A stretch of 64,000 bases of DNA, from contig JAOTTD010000001.1 in the NCBI GenBank assembly GCA_029864565.1, positions 66,232 to 130,231 of the forward strand, given 5' to 3'. The position numbers were made by a program, and so were the translations under genes. Under the pieces are notes generated by a model, which did no database searches, was not told the DNA's origin, and saw only the letters and a program-made list of their open reading frames with translations. The stretch comes from Thermoplasmata archaeon. Its GTDB lineage: Archaea > Thermoplasmatota > Thermoplasmata > UBA10834. Shown in pieces: positions 53,817 through 63,348 of this stretch; positions within the stretch are counted from its first letter, which is position 1; each line of letters starts with the position of its first letter.

Positions 53817-55004
53817 TCAGACTCTTGCGACTATCTTGACCACGTCGTTCTCCTTCATGACATGGTCGTGGCCCACTGCCATGTGGGTCCTTCCGTCTAT
53901 CGCCCTAATAAAGTTATCACCAAGGTCAGTATGTACCTTGAATGCGACGTCACGGGCGTTGCTGCCTCTGGCCATGAGATAAGCGTCCGGCAGGATGCGC
54001 CCCTGCTTGTCAGTCCACTTCGTTTCGTCCTCTACAGGATACACGATGATGAGGTCCAGCACTTCGAACACGACCTTTTCCAGGACCGTCTGCACGCCCG
54101 TACTGCCAGCGCTCTTGAGCCATTCGCCCATCTTATCCAGTGCCTGCTGCTGAGAAGTGTTCAGTTTGGATTTGTCGGCGATGTCGAACGAATCGGTGCC
54201 AGGCCTGTAGGACACGAGCCCCGCCTTTGCGGCGCGTCTGAGCGCGAGTTCGTACTCCGCGCTCGTCGGCACGATCATATATCCCGTCGCCCTCAGCCGC
54301 TCCATATTCTCGGGCGGGGCGATGTCAGCCTTGTTCGCCGCCACAATCATCGGCTTGCTGATCTTCTGGAGCGACTTGCAGAATCGTAGAAGCTCATCGT
54401 CCTTCCAGATTGACGGATCAGCATCGTTGCCGGACTGCCGGATGGCTGAGAGTATCTGCGCCTCGGTGATCGAAAGGCCTGTGAGCTTCTCCTGAAGCAG
54501 TCTTTCGAACTTCTTCCCTGCGAGCTTCGACTGCCGGGCTATCTTGATGAAATCCTTCTCAAGTATCCCAAAAATCCAGTACGATATCTCCCTCTCTAGG
54601 AAGCTCACATCAGTCGACGGGTCGTGGGAGCCAACGCCGACCGGGTTGCCCTCGAAATCGGTACCGCCGCTTGCATCGACGACGTGGATGAACGCATGTG
54701 CCTGTCGCAGGTCGTCCAGGAACTTGTTACCGAGGCCTTTCCCTGAGTGGGCGTCAGGGACCAGACCAGCGACGTCCAACAGTTCGATTGGGACGTATCT
54801 CGTGCCGCCCTCGCAAAGCGAGTTGTTCGGGTTGCACGGGCTCCCGAGCTCAGTGTGGGGGCATGGGCCTCTTACGTGACTCACACCCCTGTTGGCGTCG
54901 ATTGTCGTGAAAGGGTAGGAAGCAATCTGGGCTGTTGCCATCGTCAGCGCCGAGAAGAACGTGGACTTTCCCACGTTGGGCTTGCCGACTATGCCTACCA
55001 GCAT
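53817..55004 (-). CDS. Obg-like GTPase of the DRG/YchF group with C-terminal TGS domain
   Basis: It has a G1 motif (GIVGKPNVGKSTFF) and G4 (AANKAD). A C-terminal TGS-like beta-grasp ends ...VVKIVARV. Confidence 0.75.
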   Translation of the reverse strand: MLVGIVGKPNVGKSTFFSALTMATAQIASYPFTTIDANRGVSHVRGPCPHTELGSPCNPNNSLCEGGTRYVPIELLDVAGLVPDAHSGKGLGNKFLDDLRQAHAFIHVVDASGGTDFEGNPVGVGSHDPSTDVSFLEREISYWIFGILEKDFIKIARQSKLAGKKFERLLQEKLTGLSITEAQILSAIRQSGNDADPSIWKDDELLRFCKSLQKISKPMIVAANKADIAPPENMERLRATGYMIVPTSAEYELALRRAAKAGLVSYRPGTDSFDIADKSKLNTSQQQALDKMGEWLKSAGSTGVQTVLEKVVFEVLDLIIVYPVEDETKWTDKQGRILPDAYLMARGSNARDVAFKVHTDLGDNFIRAIDGRTHMAVGHDHVMKENDVVKIVARV

Positions 55005-55147
55005 CTTGCTCCCCCGTCGAGCTCAATGCCGGTATACGTAGAAAAACTGCTCGGTGCACCCAGGTCGAACAAGGCGGTGTGGCAACCCACAATGACGACT
55101 CATGAGAAGTCAAGGGATTTATACAGGAACCGCGGTTGCCCGCAAAC

Positions 55148-56218
55148 ATGGAGACCGCCATCATACTGTGCGAGGGTGGATTCGGCATGACGGCTGGCAA
55201 GACCGCGGCGGGACTTGTCAGGCACTCCCTCAGATTCAAAGTAGTAGGCATCATCGATAGCTTACAGGCTGGCAAGGACGCCGGTGAGGTGCTCGACGGA
55301 AAGAAGAACGGCATACCGATCTTCTCCTCTGTGAACGATGCGCTCGGGAAACTGCTGGAGAAGCCGGAGTTCATGATCATAGGCATCGCCACCATAGGCG
55401 GGATGCTTCCGGATGAGTTCAGACAGCCGGTGAGGGACTCGTTAGAGGGCGGCGTCAGCGTAATGTCTGGACTACATGAGTGGCTCGGCGACGACGAGGA
55501 ACTCAAGGCGCTCGCGGCCAAGAACGGCGTCAGGCTGATCGATGTCAGAAAGGAGCCGCCGTTGAGAAAGCTCCATAAGTACAAAGATCTCGCGCGAAAG
55601 CTGGATTGCATAAGGATACCCGTGCTGGGAACCGACGCCGCGATAGGCAAGCGGACCACGGCGATCGCCCTGGTCAAGGCGATGAACGAGCGCGGCGTCA
55701 AGACCTCATTCGTCGCGACAGGACAAACAGGCCTGATGCAAGGCTCGAAGTATGGCATACCACTCGATGCAATAAGGGGCGACTACGTCGTTGGCGAGCT
55801 CGAGAACGCGATTGTAACCGCTTACAACGAAGAGAAGCCCCAGCTCATTATCATCGAAGGACAGGGGGCCCTGAGTCATCCCGCGTATGTGACGGGGTCG
55901 AGGGCGATCGTCAGCGCCTCGCGGCCCCAGACGGTCGTGCTCCAGCACGCCCCCGGTAAGAAGTACAGGAGCTACACCGATGATGCGCCTCACCTGCCCG
56001 CGGGCACAGTTGAGCGCGAATCGGAGCTCATCAAGGTGTTCGGCGGCTGCGACGTCATAGGCATAACGATCAACCCTGAAAACATGACGAGGGAAGAGGC
56101 CGTCAGGACGATTGCGGAGTACGAGGAGAAGTACAAGCTCCCAGTATGCGATGTGCTGGTGGACGGCCCTGACAAGATCGCAGACGCGATCATCAAGCGT
56201 TTCTTTTCGAAGAATTGA
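55148..56218 (+). CDS. DUF1611-family protein
   Basis: The N-terminus METAIILCEGGFGMTAGKTAAGLVRH and the overall pattern (...LGTDAAIGKRTTA...) resemble DUF1611/PF07755. The ORF track start is TTG at 55136. Confidence 0.45.
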   Translation: METAIILCEGGFGMTAGKTAAGLVRHSLRFKVVGIIDSLQAGKDAGEVLDGKKNGIPIFSSVNDALGKLLEKPEFMIIGIATIGGMLPDEFRQPVRDSLEGGVSVMSGLHEWLGDDEELKALAAKNGVRLIDVRKEPPLRKLHKYKDLARKLDCIRIPVLGTDAAIGKRTTAIALVKAMNERGVKTSFVATGQTGLMQGSKYGIPLDAIRGDYVVGELENAIVTAYNEEKPQLIIIEGQGALSHPAYVTGSRAIVSASRPQTVVLQHAPGKKYRSYTDDAPHLPAGTVERESELIKVFGGCDVIGITINPENMTREEAVRTIAEYEEKYKLPVCDVLVDGPDKIADAIIKRFFSKN

Positions 56219-57026
56219 TGAGCTCGAGGAAGGCGTCCGAAAGCTCGCCTATCTCTGCGGGCGTGAGCTGCTCTGCGCGGCTTGACGCGTAGGGAAGGCC
56301 TGCGAACGAGGGAGTCTCGACGCCCGACAGATAGGCCAGCGACGCGGAGTCGTTCGCGAGGGCGTTCATCACTTTCTTTCTTCGATGCGAGAAGATGGCC
56401 TTGGTCACGTCGTGAAACACCCTCTCGTCAGCAACGGTGAATGCCGGCTTGCGCGGAGTAAGCATCACGACGCTCGAATTCACCCCTGGCTGAGGCCAGA
56501 ACGACGCCTTCGACACATTGAACGCAATCTCGCAACGGGCACGGTAGTGAACGCCAACCGTCAATCGGCCGTAGTCTCGCGTTCCTGGGCCCGCGACCAT
56601 GCGCTCGGCAAACTCTCGTTGCACCATCAGCACGGCCATGTCGAATCCCAGCTCAAGAAGTTTGAACGTCATCGGAGAGGATATCTGATAAGGCAGGTTG
56701 GCGACGACCTTGTCGAACTCGGGCAGGAAGGCTTTGACAGCGTCCGCATGCAGGAGCGATATGCGCTGGCCGAATCTGCGCTCGAGAAACCTACAGAAGG
56801 CGGAGTCTGCCTCAACCGCCACGACCTCGGCGCCAGCGGACAAGATCGCCTCGGTCAGATTGCCAATACCAGGACCTACCTCGAGGACTCTCTCTCCTGG
56901 CTTTATGTGCGCTAGCGCGACCTGGCGTGTGATGACCCTGTCGTCGATCAGAAAATGCTGCCCAAGCCTCCTGGACGGGCGCTTGCCCATCGATTCCAGT
57001 ATCGTCTTGACTTCTTGAACCCTCAT
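56193..57026 (-). CDS. ksgA: 16S rRNA (adenine1518/1519-N6)-dimethyltransferase KsgA/Dim1
   Basis: The motifs GQHFLIDDRVI, a SAM-binding segment (VLEVGPGIGNLTEAI) and VANLPYQISSPM are present. Confidence 0.9.
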   Translation of the reverse strand: MRVQEVKTILESMGKRPSRRLGQHFLIDDRVITRQVALAHIKPGERVLEVGPGIGNLTEAILSAGAEVVAVEADSAFCRFLERRFGQRISLLHADAVKAFLPEFDKVVANLPYQISSPMTFKLLELGFDMAVLMVQREFAERMVAGPGTRDYGRLTVGVHYRARCEIAFNVSKASFWPQPGVNSSVVMLTPRKPAFTVADERVFHDVTKAIFSHRRKKVMNALANDSASLAYLSGVETPSFAGLPYASSRAEQLTPAEIGELSDAFLELINSSKRNA

Positions 57027-57051
57027 GTCGAAGCGCACTCCTTAGGGCGCA

Positions 57052-57600
57052 TCATCTCGACACGAACAGCCTGTATTTCTCGTTCGGATTCGCGAGCTCT
57101 TCCTCAATCCTCTTAGCGATGAGCTTGTCGACCTGATGGGCCATGGGCACGCGCTTGCCGATGTCCTCGAAATCCTTGAAGGCGCCCTTCTTGCGCTCCT
57201 CGATTATGCTCCACATCGTCTTCTTCCCCAGGCCAGGAAGCAGCTCGAGCATGTGGAATCTCGTCGTTATCGATTGGGCCTCGTTGAAGAACTTCACGAA
57301 CCTTGGCTCGTTCGTCTTGATGACGTCCATGACGATGTAAGGCGTCTCGCTTTGGGCAGCGTTCGTCAGTTCGTCATAGCCTATCCTGCGCTTCACATGC
57401 AGTATCTCCTGCCTGAGGTCGAGGTCCTTGCCTATGTAAACCCTGTCGCCTATCATCAGCTTCGAATCTGGCCTCGGCACAAGTTCGAACAGCTTGAACT
57501 GAGACTCGCCAAGGGCGTACGCCACGGGCTCCCGCTTGAACTTGCGTTCATCAGGCAGCCCCTGGGGCAAGTAGTCTAGAATGCGTGCGTAGTCCTCCAA
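57052..57600 (-). CDS. DUF655-family protein (predicted nucleic-acid-binding, HhH)
   Basis: The N-terminus MEDYARILDYLPQGLPDERKFKREPVAYALGESQFKLFELVPR is typical. It sits in the conserved archaeal neighbourhood between rpoF and ksgA. Confidence 0.6.
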   Translation of the reverse strand: MEDYARILDYLPQGLPDERKFKREPVAYALGESQFKLFELVPRPDSKLMIGDRVYIGKDLDLRQEILHVKRRIGYDELTNAAQSETPYIVMDVIKTNEPRFVKFFNEAQSITTRFHMLELLPGLGKKTMWSIIEERKKGAFKDFEDIGKRVPMAHQVDKLIAKRIEEELANPNEKYRLFVSR

Positions 57601-57620
57601 AGAAAATCCCCCCGGGCTTG

Positions 57621-57950
57621 TCAGAGATACTTCTCTACTACACTAAGTATCTTTTCGATGTCCTTCTTCTCCAAGTTCACGCGTTCCTTGGCGAATATGA
57701 CCCTCACGTCGTCGGCATGCGCGGGCATGATGTCAGCTATCTTGACGGCGTTAGGTTCAGTAACGAAGCCCAGCTCACCAAGCTCCTTCACGAGCTTCTT
57801 GACCTTCTTCAATTCCAACCTGGAGAACTTCTGGCAGTGCTCAAGAGCGAGCTTCTGCTCGGGCGTGAGTTCCTGCTCCTCCTGTCTCCGCGTCAGAATC
57901 TCCTTGACATCGGCCAATGCGGCCATCTTCTTGTCTTCCATGAAAAACAC
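57621..57950 (-). CDS. rpoF: DNA-directed RNA polymerase subunit Rpo4/F
   Basis: The length is about 106 aa. The C-terminal ...KIADIMPAHADDVRVIFAKER... matches the conserved RpoF block (IMPEDVFDIRVIFAKE). It lies between L21e and DUF655, as in other archaea. The start is ambiguous (MFFMEDKKM...). Confidence 0.7.
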   Translation of the reverse strand: MFFMEDKKMAALADVKEILTRRQEEQELTPEQKLALEHCQKFSRLELKKVKKLVKELGELGFVTEPNAVKIADIMPAHADDVRVIFAKERVNLEKKDIEKILSVVEKYL

Positions 57951-57959
57951 CAGCTCTGC

Positions 57960-58253
57960 TCAGGCCGCCTTGCTAAGGTGTTCAGGCTTGACGATTATGC
58001 GCTTGGTTTTCCCACCATCGCGCACATCGAGTACATATGCGTTCCCCTGCTTTCCCACTACGACGCCAGTCCTGCCGTGGAATTTCACGTGCGGCAGGCC
58101 CTTGTGAATGCTTGGATCGAGACGGACGTTCGCCTTCTCTCCGACTTCGAACTTCTGGAACGTCCTGGTGATTGTGGAGAGTCCTCTATCCCTAGCGCGC
58201 TTCTGCATGACATTCCGCGTCCTGCGCCGTCCTCCCTTCGAAGCCTTGGCCAT
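57960..58253 (-). CDS. rpl21e: 50S ribosomal protein L21e
   Basis: The 97-aa protein contains MAKASKGGRRRTRNVM...FEVGEKANVRLDPSIHKGLPHVKFHGRTGVVVG. Confidence 0.9.
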   Translation of the reverse strand: MAKASKGGRRRTRNVMQKRARDRGLSTITRTFQKFEVGEKANVRLDPSIHKGLPHVKFHGRTGVVVGKQGNAYVLDVRDGGKTKRIIVKPEHLSKAA

Positions 58254-58257
58254 GTAT

Positions 58258-59475
58258 TCAAACTCCCTTGTCTCCGACCCATATCACATCGAGCTCTGTG
58301 ACCTCACAGGGCACACCTACGATCTCCGCCACGCTTGGCTTCGTGCGGCCATCGTCCCCGTGCATCAGCTCCTTTATGTAGGTGCCGCTGTCCGCCTCGA
58401 CAACGATCACGGCGTCGCGGCCGTTGACCGTTTCGATCTCCACGCTGCGGACGGTCCTCGTCCGTTCAAGGTTCGCCCGTCGATGGGCCACCCTGTTTGG
58501 GGTGAGCTGACATATAGGTTTTTCGGCCAATACACGAACTATATCATTAAGCTTTCTGTGGTCGATATCGGTCTGGAAGCGCACTCGTACCCTGTAGGTT
58601 TTCGGACTGGAGGCCTCCTTGATGCCCCTGACCTCGTCCCTGGAGGACCGCCTCAGCCCTGTTACATCAACGGCCCCTTCGGCAGAGTCGTTTATCTCCT
58701 GCTCCACGGCCTCAAGGTCGATTGACCGCTTCCTCGGGCGCCTGACCTCGACCACAAAAGGCCTGCCGTTTCCAAGCATCAAGGCGTCTATGTCCTCTCT
58801 GCCCATACCGTGGAAGAACTCCCCCTCACCTTCGGCGTGTCGCACGACGATCGGGCCAATGAGCTCCTGGACGCTCGAGTCATACATCTTGCCCTTGCCG
58901 TCGCACCTCGGACATCCCTTTCCCCTGCAATCCCGGCAGAGCCATCGCGTCTGAGGGATCTTTCTGGAGTACTTCCTGTACCGTCCGTAGACAAACAGAG
59001 GCGCGACGTCCGTCGTTACCCTGTCGAACATCGTATCGATGAGAAACACCAGGTCTGGGCTGCCGAATTCCACAGGGATGCCGAGTGACGATTCGAGCGA
59101 CTTACCGATCTCTCGATTCATCTCGCTCTTGATGGACTCCGTCTCATGAGCGCCGGTGTCCACCCACGCCTGCTCTTCCGCCTCGATGATGTCCACATCT
59201 ATCTTCGATCCCACGAGGAAGTTCGAGTGTTCGAATGGCTGTGACGCACGTGAAGCCAGGATGGCAAACTTGTCGACCTCCGAGAACAGCCCTCGACATA
59301 TTGCGCACTCATCGTCTATAGGGGGTCGGCCGCCATGTGCGGATATGAATCTGACAATCGCACCTCTCTGCGCATTGGACAACCCAGTGGAAACCGTCGC
59401 GAACAGCCTTCCAAGGCAGTGGTTGCACAAGGGGCGCTCAAGCGCTCGCCCTGCGATCTCAAGCCTTTCTGACAT
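58258..59475 (-). CDS. pus10: tRNA pseudouridine(54/55) synthase Pus10
   Basis: It has an N-terminal zinc ribbon (CNHCLGR...CAICRG), a THUMP-like region and a catalytic block (...GMGREDIDALMLGNGRPFVVEV...). The archaeal Pus10 size of about 405 aa fits. Confidence 0.75.
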   Translation of the reverse strand: MSERLEIAGRALERPLCNHCLGRLFATVSTGLSNAQRGAIVRFISAHGGRPPIDDECAICRGLFSEVDKFAILASRASQPFEHSNFLVGSKIDVDIIEAEEQAWVDTGAHETESIKSEMNREIGKSLESSLGIPVEFGSPDLVFLIDTMFDRVTTDVAPLFVYGRYRKYSRKIPQTRWLCRDCRGKGCPRCDGKGKMYDSSVQELIGPIVVRHAEGEGEFFHGMGREDIDALMLGNGRPFVVEVRRPRKRSIDLEAVEQEINDSAEGAVDVTGLRRSSRDEVRGIKEASSPKTYRVRVRFQTDIDHRKLNDIVRVLAEKPICQLTPNRVAHRRANLERTRTVRSVEIETVNGRDAVIVVEADSGTYIKELMHGDDGRTKPSVAEIVGVPCEVTELDVIWVGDKGV

Positions 59476-59502
59476 AATGCGGGCAGATGGACGCTTAGCG
59501 GG

Positions 59503-59512
59503 TATTTATCGT
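59503..59512 (-). promoter_or_regulatory. TATA-like element (complement: cgataaatac) about 27 nt upstream of the pus10 ATG (leaderless-type arrangement)
   Basis: An AT-rich element sits at the canonical -26/-30 distance from the start codon. Confidence 0.35.
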
Positions 59513-59543
59513 TATCTAACCGGCTGTCCGACATGGGAGTGCA

Positions 59544-60086
59544 TCACATGCCGACGCACTCGAAGTGCTCCTTCGAATAAGTCCACAGAGGCTCCTCGTC
59601 CTCGAAAGCGACTGTGTCTACCCACTTAGACAACGCGGGACCAAGCGCGTTGGCCAATTCGACCAAGTCGAAATCCCTAGCGCTCTGGTCGTATACGAGA
59701 TAGCTGACGAACACCGGCTTCCCCTTGACCTCGTCCTCCTGAAACGAGAACAGAATCCTCGCCCTGGCGATCCCTTCTAGCTCGTAGACCTCTCCGACGA
59801 AGGAGAGGTCCTTCCCATGGCCCCCCGATATCTCAAGCCTGTTGACTTCGTCGAGTCCGCCTTCGTTGAGTATCCAGTTCATCTTGCCCTTGTATGTGCC
59901 AATGTCGAACTGGGATGGCGACATTTCCAGCTTCTTGCCGGTAGCGAGCGCCATGCGGGTCCACACGCGCAGGAACGCGTGCGCGACGAGCGATCTGACG
60001 AGGTCGAGGCCCTCGAGACCGGCGACAGCTACCGGCTGGATGGCACCCATGTCCGCTTTGATTTGCTGTCGAATATCCTGAGACAT
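59544..60086 (-). CDS. Hypothetical protein
   Basis: A 180-aa ORF with acidic, protein-like composition. I did not recognise any motif. Confidence 0.4.
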   Translation of the reverse strand: MSQDIRQQIKADMGAIQPVAVAGLEGLDLVRSLVAHAFLRVWTRMALATGKKLEMSPSQFDIGTYKGKMNWILNEGGLDEVNRLEISGGHGKDLSFVGEVYELEGIARARILFSFQEDEVKGKPVFVSYLVYDQSARDFDLVELANALGPALSKWVDTVAFEDEEPLWTYSKEHFECVGM

Positions 60087-60148
60087 CCGGCCTGAAATAT
60101 GCCCATGTCATATAAGAATCGTGCTGGCGGCGGGCACGAAGCTGCAGG

Positions 60149-60694
60149 TCAGAAGCCCATTCCGTCAATCTTGATCTCCACTCTCTTGCTCTCGAGGAAA
60201 CGGTACACGGCCGAGTGCTCGCTGCCAGACAGCAGCATGTCCAGCGCCCTCCTCGCAATGTCAAGTTTGAGTGTGTCGCCGATCAGAGCGACCGTATTGC
60301 CGTAGACGCTCATGTAGACCCCTGTCAACTCCTCGAACAGCCTGCGGGTCTTGCCCTTCGTGCCTATCACACGCGCACGCATCCGAGCGACATGGGCGGG
60401 CTTCTTGCCCACATAATCCCTTATGTCGATGACCTCGAGATACCAATCGTCATCCAGGACCAGCATGGCTTTCTCGGGCGAGAAGCCACGGCCGATGGCC
60501 GTTATGAAATCCATGACTGATAGCACCGCTGACGGATCCTCAGCCTTGGAGTAATCGACGGTCACGTCACCCTCCTCCGAGTCCACGAGCATCTTTACAC
60601 CCGTCTGATTCTCCACCTTGGCCTTGACCCCACCGTCCTTGCCGATGAGGACTCCGATGCGCTCCCTGGGCACCTTGACCGATTGCCGAGTCAT
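60149..60694 (-). CDS. KH-domain RNA-binding protein (archaeal Dim2/Pno1-like)
   Basis: A GxxG KH motif is present twice (VLIGKDGGVKAKVENQTGVKM, VIGTKGKTRRLFEELTGV). It overlaps rio1 by 4 nt, as in the conserved archaeal rio1-dim2 pair. Confidence 0.7.
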   Translation of the reverse strand: MTRQSVKVPRERIGVLIGKDGGVKAKVENQTGVKMLVDSEEGDVTVDYSKAEDPSAVLSVMDFITAIGRGFSPEKAMLVLDDDWYLEVIDIRDYVGKKPAHVARMRARVIGTKGKTRRLFEELTGVYMSVYGNTVALIGDTLKLDIARRALDMLLSGSEHSAVYRFLESKRVEIKIDGMGF

Positions 60695-61470
60695 CGCTTC
60701 CTTATCTCCCGGAGCTCGCGTTCCACATCGATGCTCAAACCGTACCTTCTGAAAAACCTTGCGATGTTCGACATGTCTCTGACAAGTAGTTCGTCCGCCA
60801 GCGGATGCTCCAGGAGCACGGATTGGCCAACATCGATTATCACGGGCTCGTCGCCGTTCATGAGCACGTTATATTCACTCAGGTCTCCATGTACGATCTC
60901 GGCCTTCTGGTACGCCCGCCTGGCGTGACCTAGAATGATCTCCGCAACCCCGACGGGGCTATCGAGCTTCACATCCTTCATCATGGGGGCGGGGCCGGAA
61001 TCCGAGCCGATGAATTCCATGACAATCATGTTACAGTGACATGCAACGGGCACGGGAACCCTCACGCCGGCGTCATGGAGCCTCTGGAGGTTCCTGTACT
61101 CTTTCGACGACCAGGTCATTATCAGCTTTCGCCTGTTGCGTGAGACGCCCTTGAATCGCGGGTCGCCCGCGATGTATTTGGCCATGTCCTTGAAAGTGGC
61201 CGTCGAAGTCCTGTATATCTTCAGTGCCAGGGGCGTTCCATCCGAGGTGGTGGCCCTGAACACGTTGCCCTCCTTTCCAGTCGATATCGGGTAATCAATC
61301 TGGTCGATGACCCCATCGGAGAACAGCTTGTATATTCGCATGAGGTTCTGCCTGTCGAAGACCTCGTCGTAAGTCTTCCGATCGTCTGAATCCTTTCTCC
61401 GCATCCTCCAGGAATCGCGCTCCTGCTCTAGCTTCCTCTCAAACTCCCGGAAACCAACACCACGATCCAA
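60691..61470 (-). CDS. rio1: RIO-type serine/threonine protein kinase Rio1
   Basis: It has a RIO domain (STGKEGNVF..., ...IVHGDLSEYNVLM..., IIDVGQSV). Confidence 0.85.
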   Translation of the reverse strand: MDRGVGFREFERKLEQERDSWRMRRKDSDDRKTYDEVFDRQNLMRIYKLFSDGVIDQIDYPISTGKEGNVFRATTSDGTPLALKIYRTSTATFKDMAKYIAGDPRFKGVSRNRRKLIMTWSSKEYRNLQRLHDAGVRVPVPVACHCNMIVMEFIGSDSGPAPMMKDVKLDSPVGVAEIILGHARRAYQKAEIVHGDLSEYNVLMNGDEPVIIDVGQSVLLEHPLADELLVRDMSNIARFFRRYGLSIDVERELREIRKR

Positions 61471-61491
61471 GGCGAAGCACCCTCGCGGCCC

Positions 61492-61863
61492 TCAGAATAT
61501 GTCTATCGACTTGGGAATCATCTTCTTCCTGCTGAGGTACATAGCCTGGGTCTTGGTGTACCTGTATAGGATGTTCGCCTTCTCATCCTGGAACTCCCAC
61601 GGTTGGACTATGACCAGGTCGCCCTCCCTGATCCACATGCGCTTCTTAATCTTGCCAGGTATGCGCCCCATCCTGTGCTTTCCGTCTGCGCACATCACTC
61701 TGATCCTCGAAGCGCCGAGCAGCTGGTCAGCTATGCCGAACATCTCGCCGTCCTTCCGTCGCGGCAGACGCACCCTGACGTAGCCCGTGTCGTCCTCGCC
61801 GCCTATGACGACTCCGTCGCCTTCCCTTGATAACCTATCCTCGATACGTGGCAAGTGATTCAA
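61492..61863 (-). CDS. eif1a: Translation initiation factor aIF-1A
   Basis: The block [65 protein letters not shown] is a near-canonical S1-like aIF1A core. Confidence 0.85.
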   Translation of the reverse strand: MNHLPRIEDRLSREGDGVVIGGEDDTGYVRVRLPRRKDGEMFGIADQLLGASRIRVMCADGKHRMGRIPGKIKKRMWIREGDLVIVQPWEFQDEKANILYRYTKTQAMYLSRKKMIPKSIDIF

Positions 61864-62067
61864 CCGACAGTCGAAGTAATATTGTGCGTGTACTTAAGGC
61901 TAATGGGATTCGGAGGACGTGTCCAGACACTTCGATTGCCCTAATTCTGCGCGGTCCCGGCCGAGGCATAATGTCCGAAATCGGACAAGGCGCTCGCCGC
62001 GCTGTTTGTAGCGTGTCACCACCCCCTTATACACGCACGAGCCTCAGACGGATTCAAGGCGAGATAC

Positions 62068-63348
62068 ATGAAAAGCCCTTCGAAAGGAAAGGAGCAGAAG
62101 AAGATTCTGCTCGCGTACTCCGGCGGCCTGGACACGTCAGTGGCAATCCACTGGCTGAAGCAGAAGTACGGCTGCGAGGTTGTCGCCGTGACCGTGGATG
62201 TCGGTCAATCGGACGACCTCAAGGAGGCCATGAGGAGGGCTAAGGCGATCGGCGCTTCGCGGGCGTGGGTGATTGACGCCAAGAAGGAGTTCGCGGAGGA
62301 CTACATAATCCCCGCGCTGAAGGCGAACGCCCTCTACGAGGGCAACTACCCGCTCGGCACTGCTCTGGCGCGGCCGTTGATGGTTGAGCGACTGGTCACG
62401 ATGGCTCGCAGGCTGGGAGCGGACACGATAGCCCACGGTTGCACTGGTAAAGGAAACGACCAAGTCAGGTTCGAGGTCTCGATCATGGCGCTCGCTCCCG
62501 ACATCACGATATTGGCGCCTACCAGAGACTGGAACATGTCGAGAGACGAGGAGATAGAGTACGCAAAGGAGCACGACATCCCCATCCCTGTCACTTGCGA
62601 GGCGCCATATAGCATCGACGAGAGCGTCTGGAGCCGGGCAATAGAGTGCGGCGTCCTGGAGGATCCGTGGCAAGAGCCGCCAGAGGCCATCTTCGAGTGG
62701 ACGAAGGGAATCGAGTCCTCACCGAACGCACCTGAGTACGTGGAGCTCGGGTTCTGCGAAGGGGTGCCTGTGAGCCTCAACGGCGTCACGATGGAGCCTC
62801 TTGAGTTGGTCACCGCTCTGAACGAGATCGCGGGCAACCATGGAGTCGGCAGAATAGACCACATCGAGAACCGGCTCGTCGGCATCAAATCGAGAGAGGT
62901 ATACGAGGCGCCAGCAGCGATAGTCCTGACAAAAGCACATCAGGACATAGAAAGCCTCGTCATGCCCAAGGACCTCATGCATTACAAGAGGGCGATGGAG
63001 CAGCACTACGCCAACCTCGTATATGATGGGCTGTGGTTCTCTCCGCTACGTCGCGCGATGGACGCATTCATTGAAGAGACTCAGGAGAACGTGACGGGCA
63101 TTGTCAAGATCAAGCTGTTCAAGGGCAGTGCGGTGGTCGTGGGAAGAGAATCGGCGCACTCGCTGTACAGCACAGACTTGTCGACCTACGAGAAGTCGGA
63201 CGAATTCGACCACTCAGCTGCGAAGGGGTTCATCTACGTGTGGGGACTGCCCCTGAAGGTCGCAGGCGTGGTCAACTCGACCAAGAACGGGAATGGTGTC
63301 TTGAATGAAATCGCGGTCAAAGAGGAATACTCGAGCGTCTGCAAGTGA
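62068..63348 (+). CDS. argG: Argininosuccinate synthase
   Basis: KILLAYSGGLDTSVAIHWLK forms the PP-loop. The 426-aa ArgG is full length. Confidence 0.95.
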   Translation: MKSPSKGKEQKKILLAYSGGLDTSVAIHWLKQKYGCEVVAVTVDVGQSDDLKEAMRRAKAIGASRAWVIDAKKEFAEDYIIPALKANALYEGNYPLGTALARPLMVERLVTMARRLGADTIAHGCTGKGNDQVRFEVSIMALAPDITILAPTRDWNMSRDEEIEYAKEHDIPIPVTCEAPYSIDESVWSRAIECGVLEDPWQEPPEAIFEWTKGIESSPNAPEYVELGFCEGVPVSLNGVTMEPLELVTALNEIAGNHGVGRIDHIENRLVGIKSREVYEAPAAIVLTKAHQDIESLVMPKDLMHYKRAMEQHYANLVYDGLWFSPLRRAMDAFIEETQENVTGIVKIKLFKGSAVVVGRESAHSLYSTDLSTYEKSDEFDHSAAKGFIYVWGLPLKVAGVVNSTKNGNGVLNEIAVKEEYSSVCK

